Shown: positions 27,897 through 37,096 of the stretch, piece by piece
Layout of the letters: each line of letters begins with the position of its first letter
Position numbering within the stretch: the first letter of the stretch is position 1
Origin: Zoogloeaceae bacterium
GTDB taxonomy: Bacteria > Pseudomonadota > Gammaproteobacteria > Burkholderiales > Rhodocyclaceae
DNA: 64,000 nucleotides
Assembly (NCBI GenBank): GCA_016791025.1
Contig: JAEUNX010000082.1
Span: 33,487-97,486, forward strand
Direction of reading: 5' to 3'
Translations under genes and position numbers: made by a program
The notes under the pieces: model-generated
Seen by the model: the letters and a program-made list of their open reading frames with translations, nothing else
Database searches by the model: none
Told to the model about the DNA's origin: nothing

Positions 27897-29137
27897 GCGT
27901 GAAGGCCTCGCCCTTTCGCCCGCGCCAGTTCCGCAGCTTCCGGTGCCACGCCGGCGCTGAAGTAACCGGCCGCCACCTTGGCGTCCATCTCCACTCGCGC
28001 GTCGGCAGGAATCAGCTGATCCGGAATCGCGACCCGCTCCACCACGTCGATACCGGCCGCGGCCAAGGCGCCGTGCTTCATGTTGCTCATCGATGCCCAG
28101 CGGTCGATGCGGGTAATGCCCAGCCAATGAAAGACGTCCGGCATCAGCTCCTGAAAGCGCATGTCCTGCACCCCGGCCACACACTCGGTGCGGGCGAAAT
28201 AGGTTTCCGCCCGGTCGCCCCCACGCTGGCGCTTGCGGGCGTTATAAACCAGAAACTTGGTGACTTCCCCGAGCGCCCGCCCTTCCTTGCGGTTGTACAC
28301 CACCAGACCGACGCCGCCCTGTTGGGCCATCTCGACGCAAATCTCGATGCCATGGGCGAGGTAAGGCCGGCAGGTGCAGATGTCGGAACCGAACACGTCG
28401 GATCCATTGCATTCATCATGAACGCGGCAGGCGACGCGGGTCTCCGGGCGCCCAAGCTTCTCGGCATCGCCGAAGAAATACAAAGTCATTCCTCCGATGG
28501 GTGGGAGGAACACCTTGAGATCGGGCCGGGTCACCAGTTCGGGAAACATTCCTCCGGTTTGCTCGAAGAGGGCGCGGCGCAGTACCCGCTCGGAAATCCC
28601 GAATCGGGCCGCCACGCCCGGGAGGTACCAGACCGGGTCCACCGCCGCCTTCGTCACCCGCACGTCCCCGTTTTCATAGAGGATGTCTCCGTCCGGGGCC
28701 AAGCGGCCGGCGAGGATGGCGTCGCGCAGTTCAGGCATATTGATGTGGGCCGTGGTCACGGCGATGGTCGGGCGGATGTCGAGTCCTGCGGCGATCTCCC
28801 TGGAGAAGGTTTCGGCCACCCGATGTCCCCAGGGATCCAGGGACACGATCTTCTCCGGGTCGCGCCACTGGGGATGCGGACCAAGAGAGGTGGCGGGCAC
28901 CGTATTGGTGAGGTCCGGTCGGTGATCGCCCCGCAGATTGCCCGCCGCCACGGCCAGCGCCCGATAGACCGAGTACGATCCGGAGTGGGTGCCGATCACG
29001 TTACGCATGGCAGGCGACGCCAGGCCGGCCACCAGGGGCCCCCGCTCAGCGGCGCTGGGGGCGCCCCATTGAATGGGCGGCATGGCTTGGGCGCCACGGC
29101 CCCGGGGATGGGAGGTCAACACGATATGGGAAGCCAT
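27893..29137 (-). CDS. GTP cyclohydrolase II family protein with long N-terminal extension (URC1-like)
   Basis: Start moved to ATG 29137 (MASHIVL) with an AGGAG RBS. RVHDECNGSDVFGSDICTCRPY is the RibA-type zinc/Cys motif. About 200 aa of extra N-terminal domain is present, as in URC1. Confidence 0.7.
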   Translation of the reverse strand: MASHIVLTSHPRGRGAQAMPPIQWGAPSAAERGPLVAGLASPAMRNVIGTHSGSYSVYRALAVAAGNLRGDHRPDLTNTVPATSLGPHPQWRDPEKIVSLDPWGHRVAETFSREIAAGLDIRPTIAVTTAHINMPELRDAILAGRLAPDGDILYENGDVRVTKAAVDPVWYLPGVAARFGISERVLRRALFEQTGGMFPELVTRPDLKVFLPPIGGMTLYFFGDAEKLGRPETRVACRVHDECNGSDVFGSDICTCRPYLAHGIEICVEMAQQGGVGLVVYNRKEGRALGEVTKFLVYNARKRQRGGDRAETYFARTECVAGVQDMRFQELMPDVFHWLGITRIDRWASMSNMKHGALAAAGIDVVERVAIPDQLIPADARVEMDAKVAAGYFSAGVAPEAAELARAKGRGLHA

Positions 29138-29153
29138 GGCCCGCTCCTGAATC

Positions 29154-29169
29154 CTGACTATTTGGTCAG
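29154..29169. promoter_or_regulatory. RutR-box-like palindrome
   Basis: CTGACTATTTGGTCAG compared with the recalled E. coli RutR consensus TTGACCAnnTGGTCAA (11 of 14 specified positions). Lies 17-32 nt upstream of the 29137 start codon. Confidence 0.45.
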
Positions 29170-29177
29170 CTTTTATG

Positions 29178-29194
29178 AAGCCAGATCCATGCCA
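29178..29194 (-). promoter_or_regulatory. Sigma54-type -24/-12 promoter candidate
   Basis: Minus strand TGGCATGGATCTGGCTT, i.e. GG-N10-GC, matching TGGCACG-N4-TTGCW at all but 2 specified positions. The predicted start site falls at the edge of the RutR-like box. Confidence 0.4.
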
Positions 29195-29384
29195 GCGCCC
29201 AAACCCCGCTTCCTGCCATCCTCGCCCAAAGGCCGCACCACCAGTGCCCACGGGGCCCCGCGCCCTGCGCTCGACTGGTGCGCCGGGGCATGCCCATCCG
29301 GCGGTGTTAAGCTGACTGCCAATTTTTCCGACAGGGTTTCCGCCCCCACCGCCTGGCTGAAACCCAACAACGGGAGATTCTCCC

Positions 29385-30776
29385 ATGGGCTATGCCGCGA
29401 CCATCGCCTCCAAGCGCTACGTTTTTTCCGACTTGCGCACCCTGCTCGCCCGGGCATCCCCCCTGCGTTCGGGCGACCAATTGGCGGGCCTGGCTGCGGC
29501 CAGCGCGGTCGAACGCATGGCGGCCCGCCTGGCCCTGGCGGACCTCCCCCTGCGCCACTTCCTCGACGAGGCGGTGATTCCGTATGAAGCGGATGAAGTC
29601 ACCCGCCTGATCGTGGACACCCACGACGGCGCTGCTTTCGCCTCCGTGGCCCACCTGACCGTGGGGGAGTTTCGCGAATGGCTGCTAGACGACGCCACCG
29701 ACACCGCCGCCCTGGCGCACGTCGCTCCCGGACTGACGCCGGAAATGGTGGCGGCGGTAAGCAAGCTGATGCGCCAACAGGACTTGATCTCGGTCGCGCG
29801 CAAATGCCGCGTTATCACCGGCTTCCGTGACACGATAGGCCTGCCGGGGCGCTTGGCCGTGCGGCTCCAGCCCAACCACCCGACGGACGACCCTCGTGGC
29901 ATCGCAGCCTCGCTTCTGGACGGCCTGCTCTATGGCTGCGGCGACGCGGTTATCGGCGTGAACCCGGCCGGTGACAGCGTACCGGCCATCATGGATCTCC
30001 TTCGGCGTCTGGATGAGGTGCGAGAGCGCTTCGAGATTCCAACCCAGACCTGCGTGCTTACCCACGTGACGACGACCCTTCAGGCCATCGAACGGGGTGC
30101 TCCGGTCGATCTGGTCTTTCAATCCATCGCCGGCACCGAGGCGGCCAATCGCGGATTTGGTATCCACCTGGCCTTGCTGGCCGAAGCCCAGGCAGCCGCC
30201 CTCGAACTCAACCGCGGCACCGTGGGCCGGAATGTCATGTATTTCGAGACCGGCCAGGGCTCCGCGCTATCGTCCCAGGCCCACCAGGGCGTCGACCAGC
30301 AAACTTGCGAGGCGCGCGCCTACGCCGTGGCCCGTCATTTCCAGCCCCTCATCGCCAACACCGTGGTCGGCTTCATCGGGCCGGAATACCTCTTCGACGG
30401 CAAGCAGATCATCCGGGCCGGCCTGGAGGATCATTTCTGCGGCAAGCTTCTGGGCGTGCCCCTAGGCTGCGACGTCTGCTATACCAACCATGCCGAGGCG
30501 GACCAGGACGACATGGATGCCCTTCTCACCCTCCTGGGGACCGCCGGGGTCACCTTCATCATGGGCGTGCCGGGGGCCGACGACGTCATGCTCAACTATC
30601 AGAGCACCTCGTTTCATGATGCCCTGTACCTGCGCGGCCTGCTGGGACTGCGGCCGGCGCCGGAGTTCGAGGCCTGGCTTGCCCAGGTCGGCATCACCGC
30701 GACGAGCGGGGCCCTGCAGGGCCTGCCGCCGCAGATTGCCGCGGCCCTGGAGGATCTCACCGGAGGCCGGCCATGA
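29385..30776 (+). CDS. eutB: Ethanolamine ammonia-lyase large subunit
   Basis: 463 aa. Typical EutB N-terminus (YVFSDLRTLLARASPLRSGDQLAG) and length. GGGAGA RBS. Confidence 0.9.
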   Translation: MGYAATIASKRYVFSDLRTLLARASPLRSGDQLAGLAAASAVERMAARLALADLPLRHFLDEAVIPYEADEVTRLIVDTHDGAAFASVAHLTVGEFREWLLDDATDTAALAHVAPGLTPEMVAAVSKLMRQQDLISVARKCRVITGFRDTIGLPGRLAVRLQPNHPTDDPRGIAASLLDGLLYGCGDAVIGVNPAGDSVPAIMDLLRRLDEVRERFEIPTQTCVLTHVTTTLQAIERGAPVDLVFQSIAGTEAANRGFGIHLALLAEAQAAALELNRGTVGRNVMYFETGQGSALSSQAHQGVDQQTCEARAYAVARHFQPLIANTVVGFIGPEYLFDGKQIIRAGLEDHFCGKLLGVPLGCDVCYTNHAEADQDDMDALLTLLGTAGVTFIMGVPGADDVMLNYQSTSFHDALYLRGLLGLRPAPEFEAWLAQVGITATSGALQGLPPQIAAALEDLTGGRP

Positions 30777-31552
30777 GCCGCGGACTACGCCCGGACCCCT
30801 GGACCGTGCTGCGGCGCCTGACGCCGGCCCGGGTTGCCCTGGGTCGTGCCGGGCACAGCCTGCCAACCCAGGAGATCCTGCAATTCGGCGTGGCCCACGC
30901 CCAGGCCCGCGACGCGGTGCACGCTCCCCTGCACGTCGCCACCCTGGCCGCCAACCTCGCCCCCCTCGGCCAGCCGGTGCTGACCGTGGTGAGCAGCGCC
31001 CCCGACCGCCCGACGTATCTGATGCGGCCGGATCTCGGCCGACGTCTTGACCCGGCGAGCGCCCAGCACCTCGACCAACAACGTCCCGGCCCCCACGACC
31101 TCCTTTTCGTCATCGGGGACGGGCTATCCGCCCTTGCCGTAGCGCGCCACGCCGTCCCCTTGCTGACCCACTTCCATTTGGCCCGCCCACCCGAGTGGCG
31201 CATTGGGCCATTGGTCATCGCCAGTCAATGCCGAGTGGCCCTGGGCGACGAGATCGGCGAGCGGCTGGGCGCGCCCATGGTCGCGGTCTTGATCGGCGAG
31301 CGCCCGGGCCTGAGTTCACCGGACAGTCTGGGCATCTACCTCACCCGCCACCCCCGGGTCGGCCGGCTGGATGCCGAGCGGAACTGCCTGTCAAATATTC
31401 GCCCTGAGGGCTTGCCTTACGTCGAGGCCGCTCGTCGGCTCGCCTGGCTTTGCCAGGCCGCGATCCAGCTTGACGCCACGGGGATCGCCCTCAAGGATGG
31501 CAGCATCGACCCGGCGCATCTGGCCCCGCCAAACGCCGCAGCAGGAGCCTGA
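30773..31552 (+). CDS. eutC: Ethanolamine ammonia-lyase small subunit
   Basis: ATGA overlap with eutB. LTPARVALGRAG...LIGERPGLSSPDSLG pattern. Confidence 0.85.
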   Translation: MSRGLRPDPWTVLRRLTPARVALGRAGHSLPTQEILQFGVAHAQARDAVHAPLHVATLAANLAPLGQPVLTVVSSAPDRPTYLMRPDLGRRLDPASAQHLDQQRPGPHDLLFVIGDGLSALAVARHAVPLLTHFHLARPPEWRIGPLVIASQCRVALGDEIGERLGAPMVAVLIGERPGLSSPDSLGIYLTRHPRVGRLDAERNCLSNIRPEGLPYVEAARRLAWLCQAAIQLDATGIALKDGSIDPAHLAPPNAAAGA

Positions 31553-31717
31553 ACCGGCCAATTCCAGCAGACAGGCAGGCATGCCCTTGACCTCCCTCCC
31601 GGCAGTCCGATTTGCGCTTGGGCAATCTGCAGCGAATATGCAACAATCAGCAAGCATCGACCTCGAACCCACAGAAAGTAGTCCCTCACGGGTGATTTCG
31701 CCGGCGAAGCGCGTTTC

Positions 31718-32194
31718 ATGTTCACTGCCTCCCTCCACGCCATTTGTTCCCGTCCCTGGCGGCGCACTGCAACTTTGATGGCCACTACCGCCCTGGCCGC
31801 GGGGACCGCCCAAGCCCTGTGCATCCAGGCATCGGAGGCCAAGCTCCGCCGGGGCCCCGGGGCGCATTTCCCAGTCACCTGGGAGGTGTTCAAGTTCATG
31901 CCCCTGCAGCCAGTCGGCAAGAAAGGCGCCTGGCTTCGCGTGCGCGACCTGGATGGCGACACCCACTGGGTCCACCGCCAATTCATCTCGACCCGGTTCC
32001 GCTGCGCGGTGGTGAAATTCGCCACCGCCCGAGTTCGTAGTGCGCCGCGCCGCGACGCCCCCCAGACCGCCATCAGTCCGGTGAAGAGGTATTACGCCTT
32101 CCGCGTCGTCGGCCAGCGCCGGGACTGGGTGGCGGTGCGAGACGAGGTGGGAAACAGCGGCTGGATCGCCCACCAGCTCCTCTGGGTTCGCTGA
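31718..32194 (+). CDS. Secreted tandem bacterial SH3-domain protein
   Basis: 158 aa. Signal peptide with RR (possible Tat), followed by two repeats of the form ...LRRGPG..F..W..V...GAWLRVRDLDGDTHWV / ...VRSAP......VVGQRRDWVAVRDEVGNSGWI. Confidence 0.55.
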   Translation: MFTASLHAICSRPWRRTATLMATTALAAGTAQALCIQASEAKLRRGPGAHFPVTWEVFKFMPLQPVGKKGAWLRVRDLDGDTHWVHRQFISTRFRCAVVKFATARVRSAPRRDAPQTAISPVKRYYAFRVVGQRRDWVAVRDEVGNSGWIAHQLLWVR

Positions 32195-32209
32195 CACCCG
32201 TCGTACCGA

Positions 32210-32238
32210 CCGGTTAAGCCCGCTGCCGGCTTGACCGG
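32210..32238 (+). other. Stable stem-loop (11-bp stem) after the SH3 gene
   Basis: CCGGTTAAGCC-cgctgcc-GGCTTGACCGG with one G-U pair. No U-tract follows. Confidence 0.3.
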
Positions 32239-32292
32239 CGCAGATCCGCCACGCCACCATGGGGACCCTAATCCAGTCTTGGACATCACGCC

Positions 32293-34068
32293 ATGCTGCT
32301 GCAAACCGCCCTCCTGCTGTTTGGCGCGGTGCTCCTGGTGCCGCTGGCCAAGCGTCTCGGGCTAGGGGCGGTGCTCGGGTATCTGTTGGCGGGCGTGGGG
32401 CTCGGCCCCTGGGGCCTGGGGTTGATCCAGGATGTGGCCGCCATTCTTCATTTCGGCGAGTTTGGCGTCATCCTGCTGCTCTTCGTGATCGGGCTGGAAC
32501 TGCGCCCATCCCGGCTGTGGGTGCTGCGCCGCCCGATCTTCGGCTTCGGGACCCTTCAGGTGGGAATCACCGCGCTGGCGGTGGCCGGGCTGGCGCTGGC
32601 CCTGGGTCGAAGCTGGCAGACCGCTGCCGTGATCGGCCTAGCCATCGCCATGTCGTCCACGGCAATGGTGCTGCAGACCCTGGCCGAGCGCGGCCAGCTT
32701 GCTGATCGCCACGGCCGCGACGCCTTCGCCATCCTCCTGTTTCAGGACATGGCGGTCATTCCGATCCTCGCCCTGTTGCCCATGCTTGGTCACGGCCGCC
32801 CCGAGGTGGATCCCCTCGAGGTGGGAGCCGCCCTGGCTGCCATCGCCGGCGTGATTCTCGCCGGGAGGCTGCTACTGCGACCGGTCTTCACCTGGATCGC
32901 GACCCTCGGGAGCCGGGAAACCTTCACCGCCGCCGCGCTGCTGGTGGTCGTCGGCACCACGCTTCTCATGGAGGCGGTGGGACTGTCCGCGTCCCTCGGG
33001 GCCTTTCTTGCCGGCGTCGTCCTGGCGGACTCGGAGTTCCGCCACGAGCTGGAGGCCGATCTCGAACCCTTCAAGGGCTTGCTCCTGGGCGTGTTTTTCA
33101 TGGCAGTGGGAATGGGGGCAGACCTGGGCCAAATGCGGGACCACCCCGGCCAGATCGCCGCCCTGGCCGCGGCCATCCTTGCCATGAAGCTTGCGGTCCT
33201 CTTCATACTCGCCCGCCTGGTGGGGCGATCCACCTCCAGTGCCCGCAAACTCGCCGTTGCCCTGGCCCAAGGGGGCGAGTTTGCCTTCGTGATCTTCCAG
33301 TTGGCCCGCCAGGAGTCGGTGATGGACGCCCCGACCCTGGACTTTCTCACCGTCGCGGTCACCCTCTCGATGTTGCTCTGGCCTCTCGTCTTCCTAATCG
33401 AGGAGCGATGGCTGGCACCAAGACTGGACCGCATCAGCCCGCGTCCCTTCGATCGCATGGAGGACGAGGGCAACCCGGTGGTCATCGCCGGCTTCGGTCG
33501 CGTCGGCCAGATCATTGCCCGCGTCCTGGCGGTGCGACGGATTCCCTTCACGGTCCTCGAAGCGGACCCCCAGCAGGTGGACTACGTCCGCCGCTTCGGC
33601 AACCAGGTCTATTTTGGCGATGCCTCACGCCTCGATCTTCTGGAAGCAGCCGGGGTCGGCCGGGCACGGGTCTTCGTCCTCGCCATCGACGACATCGACG
33701 CCTCGGTGAAAACCGCAGCCCTTTTGCGCCGCCACTATCCCAGGCTTCCGGTGATTGCCCGGGCCCGCAACCGCTTCCACGCCTACAAACTCATGGACCT
33801 GGGGGTAGCCATGCCCTTCCGGGAGACCTGGCACACCAGCCTTGCGATGGTGGAGGAACTGCTCGCCGCCCTGGGGGACACCCCGGAGGTCGTCGCCACC
33901 ACGGTACGGCGCTTTGCCGAGCATGACGAGGACGCCCTGCACCGCCAGCACGCGGTGTATCAGGACGAGGCCCGGCTGGTCGCCACCATCCAGCAGGCGC
34001 GGGATGAACTGCGCAGCCTCTTCGACCAGGACCGCCCCGACGACGCCGACGCGTCCTCTTCGCCCTAG
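32293..34068 (+). CDS. Glutathione-regulated K+-efflux type CPA2 antiporter (KefB/KefC-like) with KTN domain
   Basis: 591 aa. N-terminal multi-TM exchanger domain plus VVIAGFGRVGQIIARVL, a Rossmann (TrkA-N) motif. Confidence 0.85.
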   Translation: MLLQTALLLFGAVLLVPLAKRLGLGAVLGYLLAGVGLGPWGLGLIQDVAAILHFGEFGVILLLFVIGLELRPSRLWVLRRPIFGFGTLQVGITALAVAGLALALGRSWQTAAVIGLAIAMSSTAMVLQTLAERGQLADRHGRDAFAILLFQDMAVIPILALLPMLGHGRPEVDPLEVGAALAAIAGVILAGRLLLRPVFTWIATLGSRETFTAAALLVVVGTTLLMEAVGLSASLGAFLAGVVLADSEFRHELEADLEPFKGLLLGVFFMAVGMGADLGQMRDHPGQIAALAAAILAMKLAVLFILARLVGRSTSSARKLAVALAQGGEFAFVIFQLARQESVMDAPTLDFLTVAVTLSMLLWPLVFLIEERWLAPRLDRISPRPFDRMEDEGNPVVIAGFGRVGQIIARVLAVRRIPFTVLEADPQQVDYVRRFGNQVYFGDASRLDLLEAAGVGRARVFVLAIDDIDASVKTAALLRRHYPRLPVIARARNRFHAYKLMDLGVAMPFRETWHTSLAMVEELLAALGDTPEVVATTVRRFAEHDEDALHRQHAVYQDEARLVATIQQARDELRSLFDQDRPDDADASSSP

Positions 34069-34081
34069 ATCGCCCCGCCCC

Positions 34082-34750
34082 TTACGGTGGCGGAATCTGG
34101 CCGCCCGCCGGGTGGGCCCCGGCCATCACATCCCGCTCTTGGGAAGCCCCCCCGTCACCATTCGCGACGGGGCGGACATTCCGCCACGCCTTTGGAAGCC
34201 AGCGCGGCCATCGCCCCTCCAGGCGAGTGGGAATCCATTGGGCCATCCATGCCACCACCAAGTACTTGATGGCCTTGCCCGCCAGCATGGCAGCAAAGAC
34301 GCTGAGGTATTCGTGGCGGGCCGCCCCGAGGACAATCAGGGCCGGCGTCTGGGGTAGCGGACTCACCGCGACCACGAACAGGGCTGCCGCGCCATAGCGG
34401 TCTGCCCATTCCATCACCTGGGCCCAGGTGGGATTGCCGGCGATCTGGGGAAAATGGCCAAACACCCAGGCCCAACCGAGAAAATGGAATACCGCCACCA
34501 AGGCTGTGGCCGCGATGGCACTTCCCAGGGCCGCCGCCAGCGCCACAGAGCGCCAGCGGCGCGGAACGAGGAGGGTGGCAGGCACGATGATCGCGGTGAC
34601 AGGATAGCTCGCGGTACCGGTCCCGAAGGCCGCGAGGAGCCCGCTTGCCAGACCCAGCCGGCGGCCTCGGGCGGCCCGCGCCAGCAAGGCATGCAGCCAC
34701 CGACCCCTCCCACCGTCGCCCTGCCTTGTCGCCACGTCTGCTCCACTCAC
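34082..34750 (-). CDS. DedA/YqaA-like membrane protein
   Basis: Hydrophobic, with ...YGAAALFVVAVSPLPQTPALIVLGAA..., a VTT-domain-like segment. Confidence 0.5.
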   Translation of the reverse strand: MSGADVATRQGDGGRGRWLHALLARAARGRRLGLASGLLAAFGTGTASYPVTAIIVPATLLVPRRWRSVALAAALGSAIAATALVAVFHFLGWAWVFGHFPQIAGNPTWAQVMEWADRYGAAALFVVAVSPLPQTPALIVLGAARHEYLSVFAAMLAGKAIKYLVVAWMAQWIPTRLEGRWPRWLPKAWRNVRPVANGDGGASQERDVMAGAHPAGGQIPPP

Positions 34751-34874
34751 CAGCCCCGGGATGCCGGAGTATGCCCGCTGCCACGGACAGACCCAAGCAT
34801 CCAGGCCAGCCCCAATGGCAGAGCCCTAGCCGGGGCGCTAACCTAGGCGCCTGTCTTCGACATCCGCCGTCACC

Positions 34875-36992
34875 GTGGCCCGCCTTCCCCGCATCTTCCT
34901 CACTCACACTTTCTACAACGGGGTCGCCTGCGCCACCGGCGTGATGACGGCCGCCCTCGCGGCCTACGCCGTGGGCGGCTATGGCCCGGCCACCGCAGTT
35001 TCCAGCGGCGCCTTAGTGGTCAGCATCAGCGACATGCCCACCCCCCGGGGCCACAAGTTCGGTCAGCTGCTCCCGGTCCTCCTCCTGGCCCCTTTTGTGA
35101 CCCTGATCGTGGGCCTGAGCCAGGGCCAGACCTGGCTGCTCGGCATGGAGATGGTCGCAGTGGGCCTGTTGGCCGGACTTCTGAGCGCGTGGACCCGCCT
35201 CTTGATTCCCCTTTCCTTCGGCATCGTCCTGGCGGCCATCTTTGCCCTGGCTTTTCCCCAGACTGACCCGGGGCTCGCCATCCGCCATGCGCTGTTCTTC
35301 GCGCTCGGGGCTGTCCTCTACACCGGATGGGGACTGGCCCTGGCCCAGCTCCTCGATCAACGCACCCGTGAGCAGATCCTGGCCGACGCGATCGACGAGT
35401 TCGCCCGCTACCTGCGCCTCAAAGCCGATTTCTACGACCCGCACCAACCGCTCGAGCAGGTCTTCCAGACCCTGGCGCGGGAGCATGCCGTCCTGGCGGA
35501 AAAGCTGCAGACTGCTCGGGATTTTCTCCTGACGGGGCTGCGTCCCGCCGCTGCCCGCGGACCGGCCGAGGTGCTCATCACCCTCCTGGAGGCCTACGAG
35601 CATACCCTGGCCTCCCAGACCGACCGCCAACTTCTGCGGGATCAGTACGGCAGCCACCCGGTCATGGCCGCCATGGGGCGTCACGTCCGTGATGCCGCCG
35701 ACGACTTGGTCACCCTGGCCGATGCCATGTTGCGGGGCCGGTCGATTCCCGCCCCGATCCCGCGCCGGGCAGGCTGCATCCGCACCCGCGACGAAGTCGA
35801 ATCCCTGTGCGCCCGAGACCGCCAGGACCCAAACCGTCGGCGGGCCGCCATCCTCCTGCGGGCCCTGGCCATCAAGCTCCTCCACAGTCTGGAAAGCACC
35901 CATCGGGTCGCCCGCACCGCAGCCCACCGCGAACCCGGTGTCCGCCTCCCGGAGGAGCCAGCGCTGCGCCCTTTCGTCTCCAATCGCCACCTCCGACTCG
36001 CCGACTTGCGGCGCCAGCTCACGGCAAGATCCCCAGTGCCCCGTTTCGCCCTGCGCCTCGCCGCGGCCATGGGGGTGGGATTCGTCCTTGGTCGCGTGTT
36101 GCCCTACGCCGCCCACGGCCACTGGATCATGCTTACCACGGCGGTGGTGATGCGCCCCAGCTTCAGTCAGACTCGTCAGCGCCACAAGGACCGGGTGATC
36201 GGCAATCTGCTGGGTTGCGCCCTCGCTGCCCTGCTGCTTCAACTCTTTACCTCCCCCGCCGCCCTGCTCCCCTTCCTGTTCGTGGCCACCGCCGTGGCCC
36301 ACGCCTTCATCACCATCCGCTATCGGGTCACCGCCACGGCTGCCGGCGTGATGTCCCTCCTCCAGCTGCATTTGCTGATGCCGGAAGCCAACTTTGCGGT
36401 GGTCGAGCGGGTTGTGGACACCGTGCTGGGCGCCGCCATCGGCCTGGGATTCTCCTTTCTTCTCCCCGACTGGGAACATCGCGGCCTGCCTATCCTGCTC
36501 AACCGGGTGCGGGGAGCCGCGGCCCGCTACATCGAGGCCACCCTCGATCCCGCCCTGGCGCCCCTGGCCTACCGCCTGGCGCGTAAGCAGTTCATGGACG
36601 CGGTGGCCGCCCTCAGTCAGGCCACCGCCCGCATGCTAGACGAACCCAAAGCCCAACAGCGCCCTCTCGCCCCTCTGCATGGTGCGGTGGTTGCCGCCTA
36701 TCTGCTGGCCGCCCAACTCGCCTCCGTCCGATTCCTCCTCGAATACCGCAATAAGGATTTCGACCCTGGACGGCGTGACAGCCTGCTTGCCCTGGCGCGG
36801 ACAGAATTGCGGGAGATGCTCGACGCCCAGGCAAGCGCCGTGGACCTGGGGCCCGCGGATCCGCAGGATTTCGGCGACGAGATGACGAACACCCCCGACC
36901 CCCACCTGCTGCTGATGCGAAGGCTGGAAGCCGCCGGGGAGGACGCGCTGCGCCTGGCCTGCTTCACCCATGATCCCGCCCTCCAGGCCTGA
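34875..36992 (+). CDS. FUSC/YccS-YhfK family integral membrane protein
   Basis: 705 aa. Two multi-TM blocks separated by a long cytoplasmic helical region. GTG start. Confidence 0.7.
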   Translation: MARLPRIFLTHTFYNGVACATGVMTAALAAYAVGGYGPATAVSSGALVVSISDMPTPRGHKFGQLLPVLLLAPFVTLIVGLSQGQTWLLGMEMVAVGLLAGLLSAWTRLLIPLSFGIVLAAIFALAFPQTDPGLAIRHALFFALGAVLYTGWGLALAQLLDQRTREQILADAIDEFARYLRLKADFYDPHQPLEQVFQTLAREHAVLAEKLQTARDFLLTGLRPAAARGPAEVLITLLEAYEHTLASQTDRQLLRDQYGSHPVMAAMGRHVRDAADDLVTLADAMLRGRSIPAPIPRRAGCIRTRDEVESLCARDRQDPNRRRAAILLRALAIKLLHSLESTHRVARTAAHREPGVRLPEEPALRPFVSNRHLRLADLRRQLTARSPVPRFALRLAAAMGVGFVLGRVLPYAAHGHWIMLTTAVVMRPSFSQTRQRHKDRVIGNLLGCALAALLLQLFTSPAALLPFLFVATAVAHAFITIRYRVTATAAGVMSLLQLHLLMPEANFAVVERVVDTVLGAAIGLGFSFLLPDWEHRGLPILLNRVRGAAARYIEATLDPALAPLAYRLARKQFMDAVAALSQATARMLDEPKAQQRPLAPLHGAVVAAYLLAAQLASVRFLLEYRNKDFDPGRRDSLLALARTELREMLDAQASAVDLGPADPQDFGDEMTNTPDPHLLLMRRLEAAGEDALRLACFTHDPALQA

Positions 36993-37096
36993 GCCCGGCC
37001 CGGCGCGGGGTATTTCAGGTTATGCTGATTAAGCGGTCTCGCCGGGCCGCTCCCTGCCCTTTCCGATCCTGAACCCTCGCCAGCCGGAGGCCAAGC

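Noticed and set aside
29138-29384. AdoCbl riboswitch upstream of eutB
   Set aside because: I could not find a B12-box-like core or the expected multi-stem architecture. The region is better explained as a divergent promoter region.
26328-29587. Two very long plus-strand ORFs (26328..27902, 524 aa; 27899..29587, 562 aa)
   Set aside because: Both are antisense to the DUF1688-like and URC1-like genes, which have recognisable motifs and overlapping start/stop coupling. Their composition is shadow-ORF-like. The same reasoning applies to 35013..36479(-), 3891..4778(-), 13407..14162(+), 22757..23464(+), 31391..32260(-), 37753..38841(-), 43337..44239(-), 46885..48015(+), 49218..50264(+), 58501..59571(+), 62078..62899(-) and 63029..63913(-).
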